Assembly: GCA_964016885.1 (NCBI GenBank)
Contig: OZ024740.1
Coordinates: 379,874,001 to 379,938,000 of the forward strand
Reading direction: 5' to 3'
DNA length: 64,000 bases
From: Eledone cirrhosa
Lineage: Eukaryota
Each line of letters opens with the position of its first letter. Positions within the stretch are counted from its first letter, which is position 1. The position numbers and the translations under genes were made by a program. The notes below the pieces were generated by a model. The model did not search any database, had not been told where the DNA came from, and was given only the letters and a program-made list of their open reading frames with translations. This document shows, in pieces, positions 1 to 13,637 of the stretch.

Positions 1-45
1 ATGTACACATACTTTTTAAAAATACATCATTATCAGTCAAATCAG

Positions 46-406
46 TCAAATGTCACTAAAAGCCAGGTGGTCGTTAACAACTTCTATAAGATTAGAGTCA
101 TGCTCACACATTGGATCACCTCTCATCAATGGCATTGGGTGTCTGAGATAATCGTGGAGATAACTGATGAAGTCACAAATGAAGTGATGGTCATCCAGTG
201 TGAATAACTTCCTATATCCATTGATATATGTGATGGCTTCCGATTCATAGGTGCATTTTATGAGGAATTCCATGCATCCGATTTTCAGTGATTCAATGGG
301 CATTTTATCAGAGATGATAAGGTATTTGACCACGTTTTGCTTTGTAAGTAAATTGGAGAGAATCACTGCAGTCAAAGTCATTTCTTTGCATGGGTTTTTG
401 TCCATT
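46..406 (-). CDS. Coding exon with SPOP/Tdpoz-like BACK domain (119 aa from ATG at 405); terminal exon of a BTB-family gene or a BACK-only protein
   Basis: LSNLLTKQNVVKYLIISDKMPIESLKIGCMEFL...INGYRKL...HFICDFISYL aligns by eye to the SPOP BACK region ([31 protein letters not shown]...SGWKSM...HLVAEAYRSL). A strong splice acceptor (tcattttaactttttag) precedes 406, and TGA is at 48-46. Confidence 0.6.
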
Positions 407-691
407 CTAAAAAGTTAAAATGATAAAGTATTACTACTATATAACTTACATCAAGTATTACTACTATATAACTTACACCATTGAAATGCACAAGTTTCAG
501 CAATTCACTATTATGCACTAATCATCTCAAATGCATTCATGATTTACTAGCTTTGTCATTAAGCCAGTTGCCTCAACTAGATTGCAATTATACTCAAAAG
601 AACTTTAAAATGTCAATCACTTGTCAGTAATTCACTATGATCATTTAATTATTAGATAGTTGTTGCTTGCATTGCCTTAAAAAATAGTAGA

Positions 692-1750
692 CTAGATAGA
701 AAAATGCGTACAGCAAAAAAAAGTAATATTGTTGGAATATAAACCTTTAAAAATACAGGACAAGAAACTAAAATAAAACTTTAAAAGAATAGGACAAGAA
801 ACTAAGATAAAACTTTAAAGAATTGGACAAGAAATAAAAAATTTTACAATAATATTAGTGGCAACATTTTTTTATTCGTTTCCTGTGCTATGCCCCAGTA
901 TCTTCTTGATTAGTGCATAATAATTGTCATGCTCTCATTGTGCGTTGCCCCTGAGCGGTTGGTTCTGGTTGGGGTTGGTTGGCTGAGCAGTTCTGCTCCG
1001 TCAGAATGACCATTGCAAGAAGAATTGGCCGATGCAGCTGCAGGTCTCCTCCAAGAATGCACTTCTGGTCCCGCAACACCAGACGAAGATGGAGAAGACG
1101 ACCGGAACAAGATGTCGACTCTGACCACCGACTATGGCACCTCCCTCAACCACCGGTCCTCCCTCCCTCTGTCCCGTCATCCCTCCAGTCCTCCTGCTCC
1201 CCCTTCCTGTACCAGAAAGCTGTGGCACGCATTCATCTGGACTGCCGGACTTGAACTCAAGGACAAGATGCAAGGAGAAGATGGACGGGTTGGTCAAGAT
1301 CAAGGATGAGCGGGACGACAAGACCGTCCGCTGCTGCTCAAGATCTGTGCTCATGGGCCCATGGGTCCATTCACATTATGCATGACACATGAGGCGTGTC
1401 GCCGAATGATGAAATAGGGGTATGGTTATGGCCCAATTGGTGTTCAAACCAGGATCAAATGATCCCCTCAGTCTGACGACGACCTCTGAATGTGGAACCC
1501 AGAGCCTATGAATGTGGAACTCGATTTTTTACCAATAAAAATTTTGCCACTAATATTATTGTAAACATTTTTATTTCTTGTCCAATTCTTTAAAGTTTTA
1601 TCTTAGTTTCTTGTCTTATTCTTTTAAAGTTTTATCTTAGTTTCTTGTCCTATCCTTTTAAAGTTTTATTTTAGTTTCTTGTCCTGTATTTTTAAAGGTT
1701 TATATTCCAACAATATTACTTTTTTTTGCTGTACGCATTTTTCTATCTGG
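692..1750 (+). mobile_element. Penelope-like 3' fragment with inverted terminal arms (692-876 / 1534-1750) around a GC-rich degenerate GIY-YIG C-terminus
   Basis: The ~185-215 bp arms are near-identical inverted repeats containing tandem ~33-bp subunits (ggacaagaaactaagataaaactttaaaagaat). The interior reads ...TRKLWHAFIWTAGLELKDK, resembling the RKxxEAxxI...LN end of PLE endonucleases. A disrupted hammerhead start (CTGACGA...CTCTG/CAGAG) lies at ~1473. A foldback/MITE is the alternative call. Confidence 0.5.
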
Positions 1751-1804
1751 TGTATATGATATATGATAAAGAACACAAGAGCGTCTACAACATCAACAGA
1801 TTTT

Positions 1805-1857
1805 TATTGGCTTACAATGTTTCTTCCTTACGTAACCGTAGGATTCTTCAGAGCTAT
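1805..1857 (-). ncRNA. Type I hammerhead ribozyme motif (Penelope pLTR type, slightly degenerate)
   Basis: Minus strand reads GCT-CTGAAGA-A-TCCTACG-GTTA-CGTAAGGA-A-GAAA-CATTG-TA-AGC, followed by AATAAA. Confidence 0.65.
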
Positions 1858-2131
1858 AAAAGGGGTTTGATTGGTGTTATGGACTCTACCAACCAAACAT
1901 TCAAGAACAAAGAGTTTAGAGAGTAAAGAGCAAAAACAGGGGACGATAAGTCTAATTTTGGTGCGGGAGGGTGGGGTGTTGGTCCTTATTTACTAGCTGT
2001 GGTCATATTCATTCCCGGGAGTCGAGTGGTTGGTGGAGCCATAGATGGGGTGGCGTCGATAGTAGGGTGCAGAGGGTGTGCAGAGGCTACACACACACAA
2101 AGGGCATACAATATATATAACGGAGGAGAAA

Positions 2132-2182
<51 letters not shown>

Positions 2183-4041
2183 CATATGCATGCATAATTA
2201 TATGTACAATTGCATAAAATTCAGGTAGAGTAGATTGTATTTAGAAATCAATATTCTTTTATCCGATACCTGGTAATTACATTTAGTGTCACAGTCTTTG
2301 TAAAAACTATCAATCCTTGGTGCTTAGTTAGTACTTCAGTACTGTCTCTCCACCCAACCCCTATCTGTTAGTGATACTAATGTTGAAAATCATTAACAGC
2401 ATTCGGCATCATGCCATCTGCACCATTTGCAACAGGTAAGTCAAGAAAACTAATACATACTTCAAAAATCGACAAAGACAAATTCATATGTGACTGACAA
2501 AAACAAAAACAAGAATATACGTTTTCCAGGGGTGTAGCTTATCTATTATGAGAAACTAATGTAGTTTCACATAGTCACAGTAACTGCAACAAAATCACAT
2601 ATGTCATTATCGACGTTAGGTATTAGTCATGCATCATGAGATTCGTAGCATCATGTCAGCATATCCAATACAGAATTAATGAAGTTTATACTTTTTTGTG
2701 GTAAAATGAGTCATTCACATTTCGCAAAATGAAACGAAGAGAAAGCAAAACGCACTGCAGGAAGTTCAGTGCAACCTAACAAAGGTAGTGAATTGCAAAC
2801 CAATATTTAATTTAGATTTGTTGTCGATAAATAACCAGTGCCTAAATAGTAAAGACTATGAATGGGTGTGTTACAAAATCTTTAATTGTTTCATGAATAA
2901 TTGAATAAACCGCAAAAATTACTTATTTCAAAAAGAAGACACACTTTCCTTAACCACCGCCTAAATTAAATGATCTCTCATGAACTACGTATGCTAAGAA
3001 TAATTCACGAGAGCGGTTAAAATTATTTCAGTTTCGTGGTGTTGTTGAAATTATATCCAACCCCATTGTACTGTAGATTTCAACTCAGAACCAAGAAAAG
3101 TTCAGTTAGATCAAACATTCTAAACACATTTGGAAAGTCCAATACTCTTTCCGTTTAAAGGTATTTTATTTTTTATAACGCGATTTTTTAAATATTTCAC
3201 TTATATATTGCAATATACAATATTATTTCTATATAATATAAATATATTGCTGACTTTGGCTCGTATTTAGCCTTTTAAAGGCCGTCGAGTCATCTTATTA
3301 ATTGCCTGTGTCCTTACTCTTTTGGCTAGGAGGCAGTAGAAGAATCACATATACTATGTAAGATCCAGAAAACAGAAAGGAAATCACGAGAGCTGATTTT
3401 AAAGCTATATTAAACAGCAAAGATTTTCTGCCTAGCTGCACTACAGTAAATGATTGACAAACATATTGTGAGGTACTGTCAGAAGACAAATTGCAAGTGC
3501 AATAATTAAGACGTTTTGGAGTACCAAAAATCAAAATAGTCATTTGCGCCAAAATCAATATCCTGGATATTCAATAGGAATTTCGTCCTTGTGAATATCC
3601 TTGATATACACTAGGACTTTCGTCCTGCGGTAGTTGCTAAGTTTATGTTGTCGGCCATATATCTTCCACCAATCATAAGCCGAATCAATTTATCGGTGTC
3701 ATCTCTCGAGTCGTAAATTGATGCCTATTTGAATGGGTGTCGAATATCACCTAATGTCTGTAGCAAATTACCTTAGCCTGTCTTTCTGTAAATACATACT
3801 GAAGGTTAACACTGCAGTAAGCAGTAGGGATAAGCTTTGTTGGGTCTTATTAACCAGAAATGTTGCACACAACTGGATTATCTGCCTTTTCATATATTTA
3901 TGATGCTTTCCTAACTGAAAGCTGAAACCATTTTTAACTAAAATAGACACGGTCATTGATTATTCCAAAAATTCAAGGAGCATTTCTTACCGTCTTCAGA
4001 AAACGTGAAGTATTAGGCTTCCGCAAAATTCGAAACTCTCT

Positions 4042-4105
<64 letters not shown>

Positions 4106-4139
4106 CCAATAATAATAATAATAACATTTTTAGCACGCA

Positions 4140-5900
4140 ATGGAGAGGTCTGAGACACGGTACGAATATAAACCTAAGGCAGAACTGGAGAATGCAAAAA
4201 TGAAGGTAAACATCATGAGAGATATATTTTAGGGTGATAGTCAATCTTTGTTGTGGCTTGTTATTTGCATGGTCCTCCATACACAAAGGCTCAGACAAGG
4301 AACACCTTAAAAGGTGGGAAAAAGCTCTTTATGGACGAGTTGAAGGTTTTTAGTAAGTGTGAGAGTGAGATAAATAGATTGGTTTCAACAGTACTTTTAT
4401 TTACCCTCCGATGGCATAAAGACGATGAAAAAGGACAATGTTTTAGTTACATTTGTTAATTTATGTATTGAATTTGTGGCTAATATAATTCTATTGTATT
4501 GAACTTGTAACACCCAGTTGCAAACAAGGCTTACTAAAATAACATAATTTCTTAATACACTCACAAACTAACAATGTGAGCGCATTTGTCGAAGTCAACC
4601 TGTACGTATTTATGCGAAATTATACAGTACCTATTTATAAACAGTTCTCGTGAAAAAGTGGTACATAAGTTCACATGATCAGACAGGATTACTTCAAATG
4701 ATATTAATAGGTAACAATTACCGACGTGTAGTTTGAGAAGAACAAGTTATATAAAAATGAGAACTGAGATAACAGGCGTCATAGAATTAACGTGAGAAGA
4801 TTAAACATTGATACATATAATATACAAATAATTACATATAATAAACAAATAGTCAAACAATCTTCACATAGGAGGAAAACAACCACCAGCGTTAATTGAG
4901 GTGCTCCATTGTTCTGATTGAGGAACCTCTGCAATTATTTCATGTACTGTTCCATTCTGGAATATACAGAATATTCTGTGAGATGTTCTTGTTTCAAGGT
5001 AGGTGAGTAAAAGTCCGCTTTTTGCGGGCCACTGGCAAATAAGGTTTCCTAAGCATAATAAGAGAACCTTATAGTTTAACGAGTTGTTTTCTATAGGTTG
5101 TTTCTAACTGTTTCCCAATCAATATTTTTTTGGATTGTTCTAATGCATTCGATTTATGTGATTGACCAGTCTGTGGATGGTCTTGTGAATGGCTGTTAAA
5201 TCCAACTCAAAGGGAGGAGAGAGATTCCTTCACAGGGAGGATGAGTTTCCTTTCATAAGATAAGGGATCCTCCCCGAGGGAAATGGGCTTTGCTTTTTAG
5301 TTGCTTTTAGGATATGATTCTTTTCAGTCTTTCTTTGCTTTATCACAAAGGTCTACCGGTACTACTCACTTGGCCTCTATCTGATGCTTATCGTCATAAA
5401 TGGATTAGGGTAACTGGTGAGTGGGAGGGGACTTCAGTGTCGCCCAATTCACTCTGTTGTTGTAGCTACAGGTTACTTTCGCTCTCCATCTCTTCCTTCT
5501 TACCACTTTCGGGTTTGGCTGGGGAAGAGAGTTTCACGGTCTCTTTGATAACTCCTGAATATAGTACGAGTTCAGTTTCTCTTAAGTCTCCTGAGCTGCG
5601 CTCGATGCGCCGCATGTGCGGCAAATTATGAGTTATTGCTTTCCTGTTTTTAAACCATCTGGGTAAGAACCCTCACTGCCACATATGTAGAGCTGGACTT
5701 TCTTCCTCATTGGTCAAGTTGAGGGCTTTCCTCTCGGCAAATACTATAGTGTACAATTTTGATATTGTTTTGTGCTCATGTGGATTCATGAGGACTTTTA
5801 TGTTCATAGTGACTCCAACCGAACCCATATCACCTAAACGTACATTTACAGTGATCAACAGTCTATATTACTCCATGAAAGTGATTACTATCTAATGGTT
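4140..5900 (-). pseudogene. Highly degenerate Penelope-like RT remnant
   Basis: Only weak motif echoes in broken frames (NLTNEEE, VHENNCRG, LCMED...KYISHDVY). No intact ORF. Confidence 0.25.
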
Positions 5901-5989
5901 GATCCCTGGAGAGCGATTAGAGTACAATCAATAGCATTTAGAAAAGAAGTAGCGTTAGAAAAGATATAAAGGAAGGAGTTGCTGTTTTC

Positions 5990-6240
5990 GTTCTCCTTCG
6001 AGTTGTTCTTGTTGTTGGTGTTGTTGTTGGTACAGTTGGTGTTGTTGTCACTGTTGAAGCTGGTGTTAGTGTTGTTGTTTCACTTGCTTCCTTTTTGTTG
6101 TTGCTTTTGATGCTGTTTTTGTTTATGTTGTTGTTGGTGGTGTTGTTAATATCGTTGTTGGTGTTGTTATTGTTGTTGTTGTTGTTGTTGTTGTTGTCTA
6201 TTATCCATATTGGTGCTGCTGGTGAGGACAGTGGTTTTCC
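5990..6240. repeat. (GTT)n-rich low-complexity tract
   Basis: Imperfect GTT/GCT/GGT triplet repeats. Confidence 0.9.
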
Positions 6241-6513
6241 TCTCAACATTTAAGCTGTTGTCCCACGATAGCAGACTCAACGATGTGTGCGTGGCTCGGC
6301 CATGTGTTTTGAAGAAAAGAAATTTAAAAATATAAAGTTCAAATATTTGGGCCCAAAGACCCAAATATTATGGGCCGCCTTTGCGCAGGTCAATGAATGG
6401 AACCTCATATACAGTTCGTGAGAGAAATATTCAACAAATTCCACTTTGAAACAACTCAAAATAACCAACCTTCCGGAGCCAATGTGAACACGTCTGTCGC
6501 AAACGAACAACAA

Positions 6514-6696
6514 AATAATTGTTTCTATTTTAGGCCAGCAATTACCCAGTACATTACTGGTACTTTATTTTATCGACCCCGTAAGGATGAAAGGCAAAGT
6601 TACCCTCGGCGGGATTTGAACTCAGATCATAAAGGGACGTAACTCTATGCTTCAAAGCATGGTGTCCGACTCTCTACCGATATTGCCAAACCACCG
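6514..6696 (-). mobile_element. tRNA-derived SINE, family A
   Basis: A-box (TGGCAATATCGG) and B-box (GAGTTCAAATCCC), plus the conserved core GCCTTTCATCCTTACGGGGTCGATAAAATAAAGTACCAGT shared by more than 10 copies in the window. Confidence 0.9.
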
Positions 6697-7137
6697 ACAC
6701 CAAAGCAATAATAATTAGATAGTATGTCAGGTTTTGACACTACCAAAAACGCGTACCGAGAAAATACTATTGTACATCTAGTACTAACAGCATGAACCCA
6801 ATATTTGCAATAAAATGTAAAAGTAATATAGCCCAACGAACAAGATCAAAGCCAACCGGCTAATGGGTCATGTCGTCACAGACACAGACAACACATACAC
6901 AAGCACATACATAAATACATGCGCATACACAAATTAATGAGCAAATACATGAACATACAAACATATACTCACATACACATATATACATATGTGCAACTTA
7001 AATGGCGAGGATTGTTTGAAAAACAGAAATGAAAATTGGAAGTGATATTTGAAAGTTGAAGCGGATGTTTTATTGAGTAGAGCTATGTTCAAATATGTTC
7101 CAACTGTGACAACATTATTCAGTATATCATTATAATC

Positions 7138-7192
<55 letters not shown>

Positions 7193-7244
7193 GAATAATC
7201 GAGTATCGAAAAATCGGCGCACGAGTTCACGATAAACAAAATTC

Positions 7245-7796
<552 letters not shown>

Positions 7797-7906
7797 GAAA
7801 GATTTGAATGGATACAGTTTAGTTGAAAGGAATTTATTGACACGTGTTTCTATAACAGTTACATAACCTAAAACAGCTGCTATCTACAAACTTTTAGTTA
7901 TGCAGA

Positions 7907-7952
7907 CATTCAATATTTCAATGTTATTATTTACTGTCATTTCATCAGAATA
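7907..7952 (-). ncRNA. Degenerate minimal hammerhead motif
   Basis: Minus strand reads ATT-CTGATGA-AATG-(14 nt)-CATT-GAAA-TATT-GAAT. Stem I and the cleavage triplet are imperfect. Confidence 0.45.
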
Positions 7953-8512
7953 ATATTACTGAGGACCTATTTAGTTTTTATAGAGAATATTAGGAGGGAG
8001 GGGTGAAGTTGTTAGAAGAATAGTTGAAGGAGTGGTTTTTCGATAGCAGTGAGAATTCTTGGTGGCAGTGAGTAATTAGATTCCCATCTGTTGTTTTGAC
8101 ATTTTTTATAGAATATATTATTGGTTATTTTTCTAAATCTATAGAAGGATTAGAGATAGTAAAGATATGCGTGGTTGGTTTTGTGTTTGCACTTAATTAA
8201 CATTCAGACTTAAATTTTTCTTTCAAGTGTACGTATCCTTTCACCCACGCATTCACACACAAATATATTTGCACACCTCTACAAAATACATATACTCACA
8301 ATTCACATATTCATACTTACATATATATACACATGTATACACATATATATACACACATGTATTCATGTACATACATACGCGCTCATGTGTATACATTTTC
8401 ATACTCAACTTATCTTTATATACACACGTATAGACACACACATATATACATACATACTCTTGTCCATGTGTACACACATACACATACATACACATCCATA
8501 TACATATGCATA

Positions 8513-8611
<99 letters not shown>

Positions 8612-8938
8612 CACTTTAATACATGAATACACTTACATCTAACTATACACATCAAACATATATATATATTTACTTATTTATATACATTTTCACATATATA
8701 TACATACTTATGGACGTTTTTAGACACATTCATTATCGCATATTTGTACCTATTCTCATCAGCATATCTTTCCATTATTAGTGTGGTAATTTAAGGTTAT
8801 TAATATATGTTGAGAAGAGATTGTTTTTATATTTTTCTAACTAGATTAAGGTTTATATAGTTGGGGGATGTCCCTCTTTTATGTAATATTCGGCTTGTAG
8901 TGGGAAAAAAGGGTTTTAGTTCTGTGACGGCAGAATAA

Positions 8939-8970
<32 letters not shown>

Positions 8971-9176
8971 CCGACATCCAGAGTTGACATTGCACTCAGT
9001 GCTCCTTTGAGATCCCCTACATGGACACACTAGAAGAGGAAGACCAAGGTTAACGTATGTTGATGCCCTAAGAACAGACACTGGTCTGTTGGAGACGCAG
9101 GACATGGCAGCGATAATGAGGGACAGAGACCGCTGGAGAGAACTCGTCCATGGATCTCAGGAATTTTACCCGCCTT

Positions 9177-9178
<2 letters not shown>
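8971..9178 (+). mobile_element. 3' end of RTE-type LINE (5'-truncated), in (TA)n
   Basis: Translates as ...GHTRRGRPRLTYVDALRTDTGL...[12 protein letters not shown]...*, a typical RTE C-terminus. A second copy is at 14936-15031. Confidence 0.8.
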
Positions 9179-9265
<87 letters not shown>

Positions 9266-9527
9266 TATACATATATATATACCAGTAGAGTTGATTTGAG
9301 GTACCATTGGGTTGCTATTTCTCTTAGATCGAATGACCATATCGAAACTTCATCGTGGGAACGTCAGTGGAAAATTTGTTTCTAACAGTGAAGCGGTAAA
9401 GTAAAGGGGTCTTAACTCTTGATGGATTCGTAAGGGCACAATCCTAACACTCGAATGACTGGAAATTTTAAACATGTGGGAGCCCAGCACTCTCCAGATT
9501 GGAACAAAGCGGGTTTCTTAGAGATTT

Positions 9528-9572
<45 letters not shown>

Positions 9573-9651
9573 AAAGAAAGAGGGTGAAAGAGAGAGTGAG
9601 AGACAGAAAGATAGAGAGATTGAGAGATAGAGGAGAAAAGTGTGTAATGGA

Positions 9652-9804
9652 CTGTTACTTTATTTATTGACCTCGAAAGGATGAAAAGCAAAGTCGACTT
9701 CAGCGGGATTTGAACTCAGAGCGGAACAAATAACTTAGTGAGCTGGAACAAATACCGAGGCGTTTTTAATCCGACGTTCTAACAACTTTGCCCATTCGCC
9801 ACCT
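9652..9804 (-). mobile_element. SINE, family A-related (diverged)
   Basis: GAGTTCAAATCCCGCTGAAGTCGACTTTGCTTTTCATCCTTTCGAGGTCAATAAA on the minus strand. Confidence 0.8.
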
Positions 9805-11272
9805 TAACAGAGCATTAAGGTGCAGATTCCATTTTCTGCCCGTCACCGCTGTGTCATTGATCACCGGACTACCGTTTTCCTCCGTCATGACAGGCTGAAG
9901 TAATGGCTGATACATCTTGTCCGTAGGGTGTAGCAAAGATATGTTGTCCAACCAAGGGTTTGACCATGCCCTCCTCTCCCTCATTATTCTATTTCACTTT
10001 TAGGAATACTAAATAAAATTTGCAACGTAAAAGCATGAAAGTAATACAAATAAAAAAAGAGAAAAAACGTTTATCACTAAATTAAAGCTAAAAGCGACAG
10101 GAATATTCAATGATTATCCTTTCTCATTCTGTTATATAATTCACTTAAAAGATGAATTATCTCAAAAGACAAAATAAGTTTTAATATCTATCGTTTTCAT
10201 TGCGTGAATTTATGGATAAGATCCCTTCAGAAAGCGAAGAATTTATGTGGTTAATATAGCAGACAAATCATTTATAAATCCCATCAAGAAATGGTCAGAC
10301 ACATTTGATAATACAGTTTTGGACACACTAGGTATGAGAAAAATGAATTAATCAAGACCGATAATTATCGGTCGTCCCAATCAAAGTTGATCTGTAATTA
10401 GAGAGAAAACACACCGTCATTGAATATTTCAGCTCAAATCGGCTCAAATTGGATTCTAACTAACCATTCTATGGTTCATAGCAATATTTGTCTTGAGAAC
10501 GAACCCGCCCTTTGAAAGACTTCTTGGACTGTCTATGGAATGAGATTTGTGTTGCTCTTGTTACTGTTTTAGTTGTGATTGAATACTATGTCTGTTTTGA
10601 ATGAGCAAACTTATAATCACTGATCATCATATTTCTTTTGTTGGTTTCGCTATAGCATATTTAACACAGACTTGTTCAACGTTACCGTTCGTTTTCGAGA
10701 TTGTAGGGTACGAAGCGATTTGAAAGAAACATGATTGCTGTTTTTAACAGGGGTGAACGACCATAAACACTTCCACGATGGCTCGGACATGACATTAAAT
10801 AGAGTGCTGGGTGACTTTCATGATATCCAGATAACACACTAATAAATGATTAGATAAATAAATATATAGATATAATCGATAAAAGTCATTTACTTCATAA
10901 ATAATCTGAGATAAAGATATTTGGATTTTCTCGCAATATAGTATAATATATAAATTAAAGACACATAAAAGTTATTTTTAGTATTAAATGATTGCGTATA
11001 AATGTTTGAATTAAGAAGCAGAAGCGAAATACTATTGTAGATGCAAGTCTACATACACACACAAACACATATATAGGTATGGGTGTGCGCGCGCGCGCGT
11101 ATGTGTTTGTGTGCGTGTGTGCATGCATGCGTGCGTTTGTGCATGCGTGCGCATGCTTTTACGTGATTCTTTAAAAAATCAATGATGACTATTCGGACCG
11201 CTATTTTGATAAATTTAAGGTAATATTTGCATCACACGCATGCACACACATACACACACAGATACACGTATG

Positions 11273-11303
<31 letters not shown>

Positions 11304-11487
11304 ACACACATATATATATATAAGCACACATGCGCCACAAACACTTTAAAAAGGCTAAAACAATAAATCCCCAGAGCAAATTCCTTGTAGTATTTAGTTA
11401 CATTCTTCTAAGTTTGGATTTCCATTCTCATTGATCGACAAAAGTATTACGTCTATAATTATCTCCTTTCTCTTCTTCGCTAAACAC

Positions 11488-12230
11488 CTAGGGGAGATGG
11501 AGCAATCAGTGTCACTTGTAGCTCCCAAGAAAACTCTCACAACCCAGTAATTTAGCTATCTAAAAAAACACCTAGTCATCGCGGGTTGACAAAGTACCAG
11601 ATTGGTACGAATAAGACCACTGAAACCTAAACTGTAATATGTTGAGGAAAACAAAAAAAGAGCCATACCGTATCATCCTTCGCGCGAATTAACAAGGAGT
11701 CCGAATGCACCAAAAAAGGAGTCCGAATACAGGTCCTTCCTTGATGAAGTCACTACAGCGATATATTTAGTTAAGACTGCGTCATATATCCTGATGGGAG
11801 ACTTCAATGCACATGTTGACACTGACCACTTGACATGGAAAGGAGTGATTGGCGACTTCGATCTAAATATGAATGGAGAGGCCTTACTAGACTACTGTTC
11901 TAGCTATGGACTCTCTATTACGAAGACCTTCTTCCAGCACAGAGGCCTCCACACATATACACGATATAAGGGGAATAAAGGACAGAGATCAATAATTGAT
12001 TTTGTTATTGTCTCTAATCTCTGCGATTCTATGCTGGAAGTTCATGTTAAGAGAGGGGCTCAGATGTTAACTGATTATCAAGTTATCTGCAACTTGAGCC
12101 TACCTAAAACCAAAGAACCCCACAAAACTGCGCAGGGCCAGGGCGACATACAGGATAAAGTGGGAAGAGTTGGTAGATAAGGAAGTCAGGACCAGGTAAG
12201 CTGATACTGTTGCATCCAAATTCAGAGAAC
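11488..12230 (+). mobile_element. Internally deleted RTE LINE fragment (5' UTR fused to AP-endonuclease region)
   Basis: ORF 11794-12180 has GDFNAHV...SIIDFVIV...TDY APE motifs and is collinear with 34560-35965. Confidence 0.9.
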
Positions 12231-12352
12231 GAAGCATAATTATTTGGAACAGAATTTTACTTTAGACAACGCAGATTATTGTGTATGTGTGTGTAAAATG
12301 GAATTATGTTCTATGAGTGTTTAAAGATTCATACATATATATATATATATAT

Positions 12353-12409
<57 letters not shown>

Positions 12410-12692
12410 TAAAGATAGATAGAAATAAGAGAGAGGGGGGAGAGAGAGAAAGAGTGAGAGGATCACATACAAGCCATTAAATATGGAACTTTATAAAAGT
12501 ATAGATGCATTATTTATAAACTGATTTATTTTTATCTTTCGATCATCTTGCGCCAGTCACAAACATGTTTTTGGGAAATGAACTAAATATTACGATTGAA
12601 GAAAAAAACATCCAGTTTCTTGTAAAAATAAACAAACCCATGATTTATATAAATGTGTGTGTGTACGCCTGACCGAAGGGAGCCTTCGATAT

Positions 12693-12796
<104 letters not shown>

Positions 12797-12928
12797 GACG
12801 TTATATTTAATTTGTTGGGATACAACAAGCTAAAAATATGTTTATAACTGATATAAAGCACTCAACAAATTATTGGAGTAAATATACAATATATTAACAA
12901 ATGGAAACTATATTTATAAAACCATATT

Positions 12929-12994
12929 TATTTTATTATACATATTTCAAGGGCCACCAAGGCAAATTATGGTGCGCTTTCATCAGATAAAATA
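12929..12994 (-). ncRNA. Type I hammerhead ribozyme motif
   Basis: Minus strand reads TATTTTAT-CTGATGA-AAGCGCACCA-(10 nt)-TGGTGGCCCTT-GAAA-TATGTA-TA-ATAAAATA. Stem I is a perfect 8 bp, and stem III is quasi-palindromic (ATATGTAT). Confidence 0.75.
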
Positions 12995-13072
12995 CAATAC
13001 AGATTAGTTTTATAAATAAATATTGACATATCCTGAAAAAAGGCAACCTTAACGGTTGGAGCTTCCTGGATA

Positions 13073-13146
13073 GTTCAAGACCCCGACCCAGTCCAGATAT
13101 AGCCGTCGAAACGGGTTGAGCTCTGCCGTCGGATCCTGAACATTTT

Positions 13147-13192
<46 letters not shown>

Positions 13193-13349
13193 GTTCAAGA
13201 CCCCGACGGCAGAGCTCAACCCGTTTCGACGGCTATATCTGGACTGGGGTCAGGGTCTTGAACATGTTCCTACTACCCACACTACTACCCTAAGTATTGA
13301 GTACTCTTGTGCGTAATGGTCCAGCTGGTTCCTTACCACACCTCCTTCG

Positions 13350-13351
<2 letters not shown>
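13073..13351. mobile_element. Mini Penelope-like insertion with rearranged, inverted pLTR ends around (TA)n
   Basis: Matches 21968-22105 in alternating orientations. 13073-13150 is an inverted copy of 13190-13263. Confidence 0.88.
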
Positions 13352-13383
<32 letters not shown>

Positions 13384-13385
<2 letters not shown>

Positions 13386-13637
13386 TATCGTAATCACGAA
13401 TGACGATGGTTTTGTGCCTAGAAGGTTCCGAGGCACAAGCCTGGCCAATATGTGTTTGTGGAAAACCATCAGTCCCCCCTTGCATGCCAGTTTTCCCATT
13501 CCACGCCACCAAATGTTGTCCAAGAGAAAGGCTGTGGCCAATACAGCTTGGCACCAGTGACGCACCAACTTATTTCGACAACTGAGTGAACGTTGCTCAA
13601 GAGCACAACGCACTAACCACAAAGCCACGCGCCCTCA
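13384..13637 (-). mobile_element. tRNA-derived SINE, family B (internal deletion in head)
   Basis: Minus strand starts GAGGGCGCGTGGCTTTGTGGTTAG (A-box), then TGTGCTCTTGAGCAA, which is shared with 16541-16811. Confidence 0.65.

Noticed and set aside
163-195. CTGATGA followed by a hairpin
   Set aside because: No GAAA or stem III follows, and it lies antisense within a probable coding exon.
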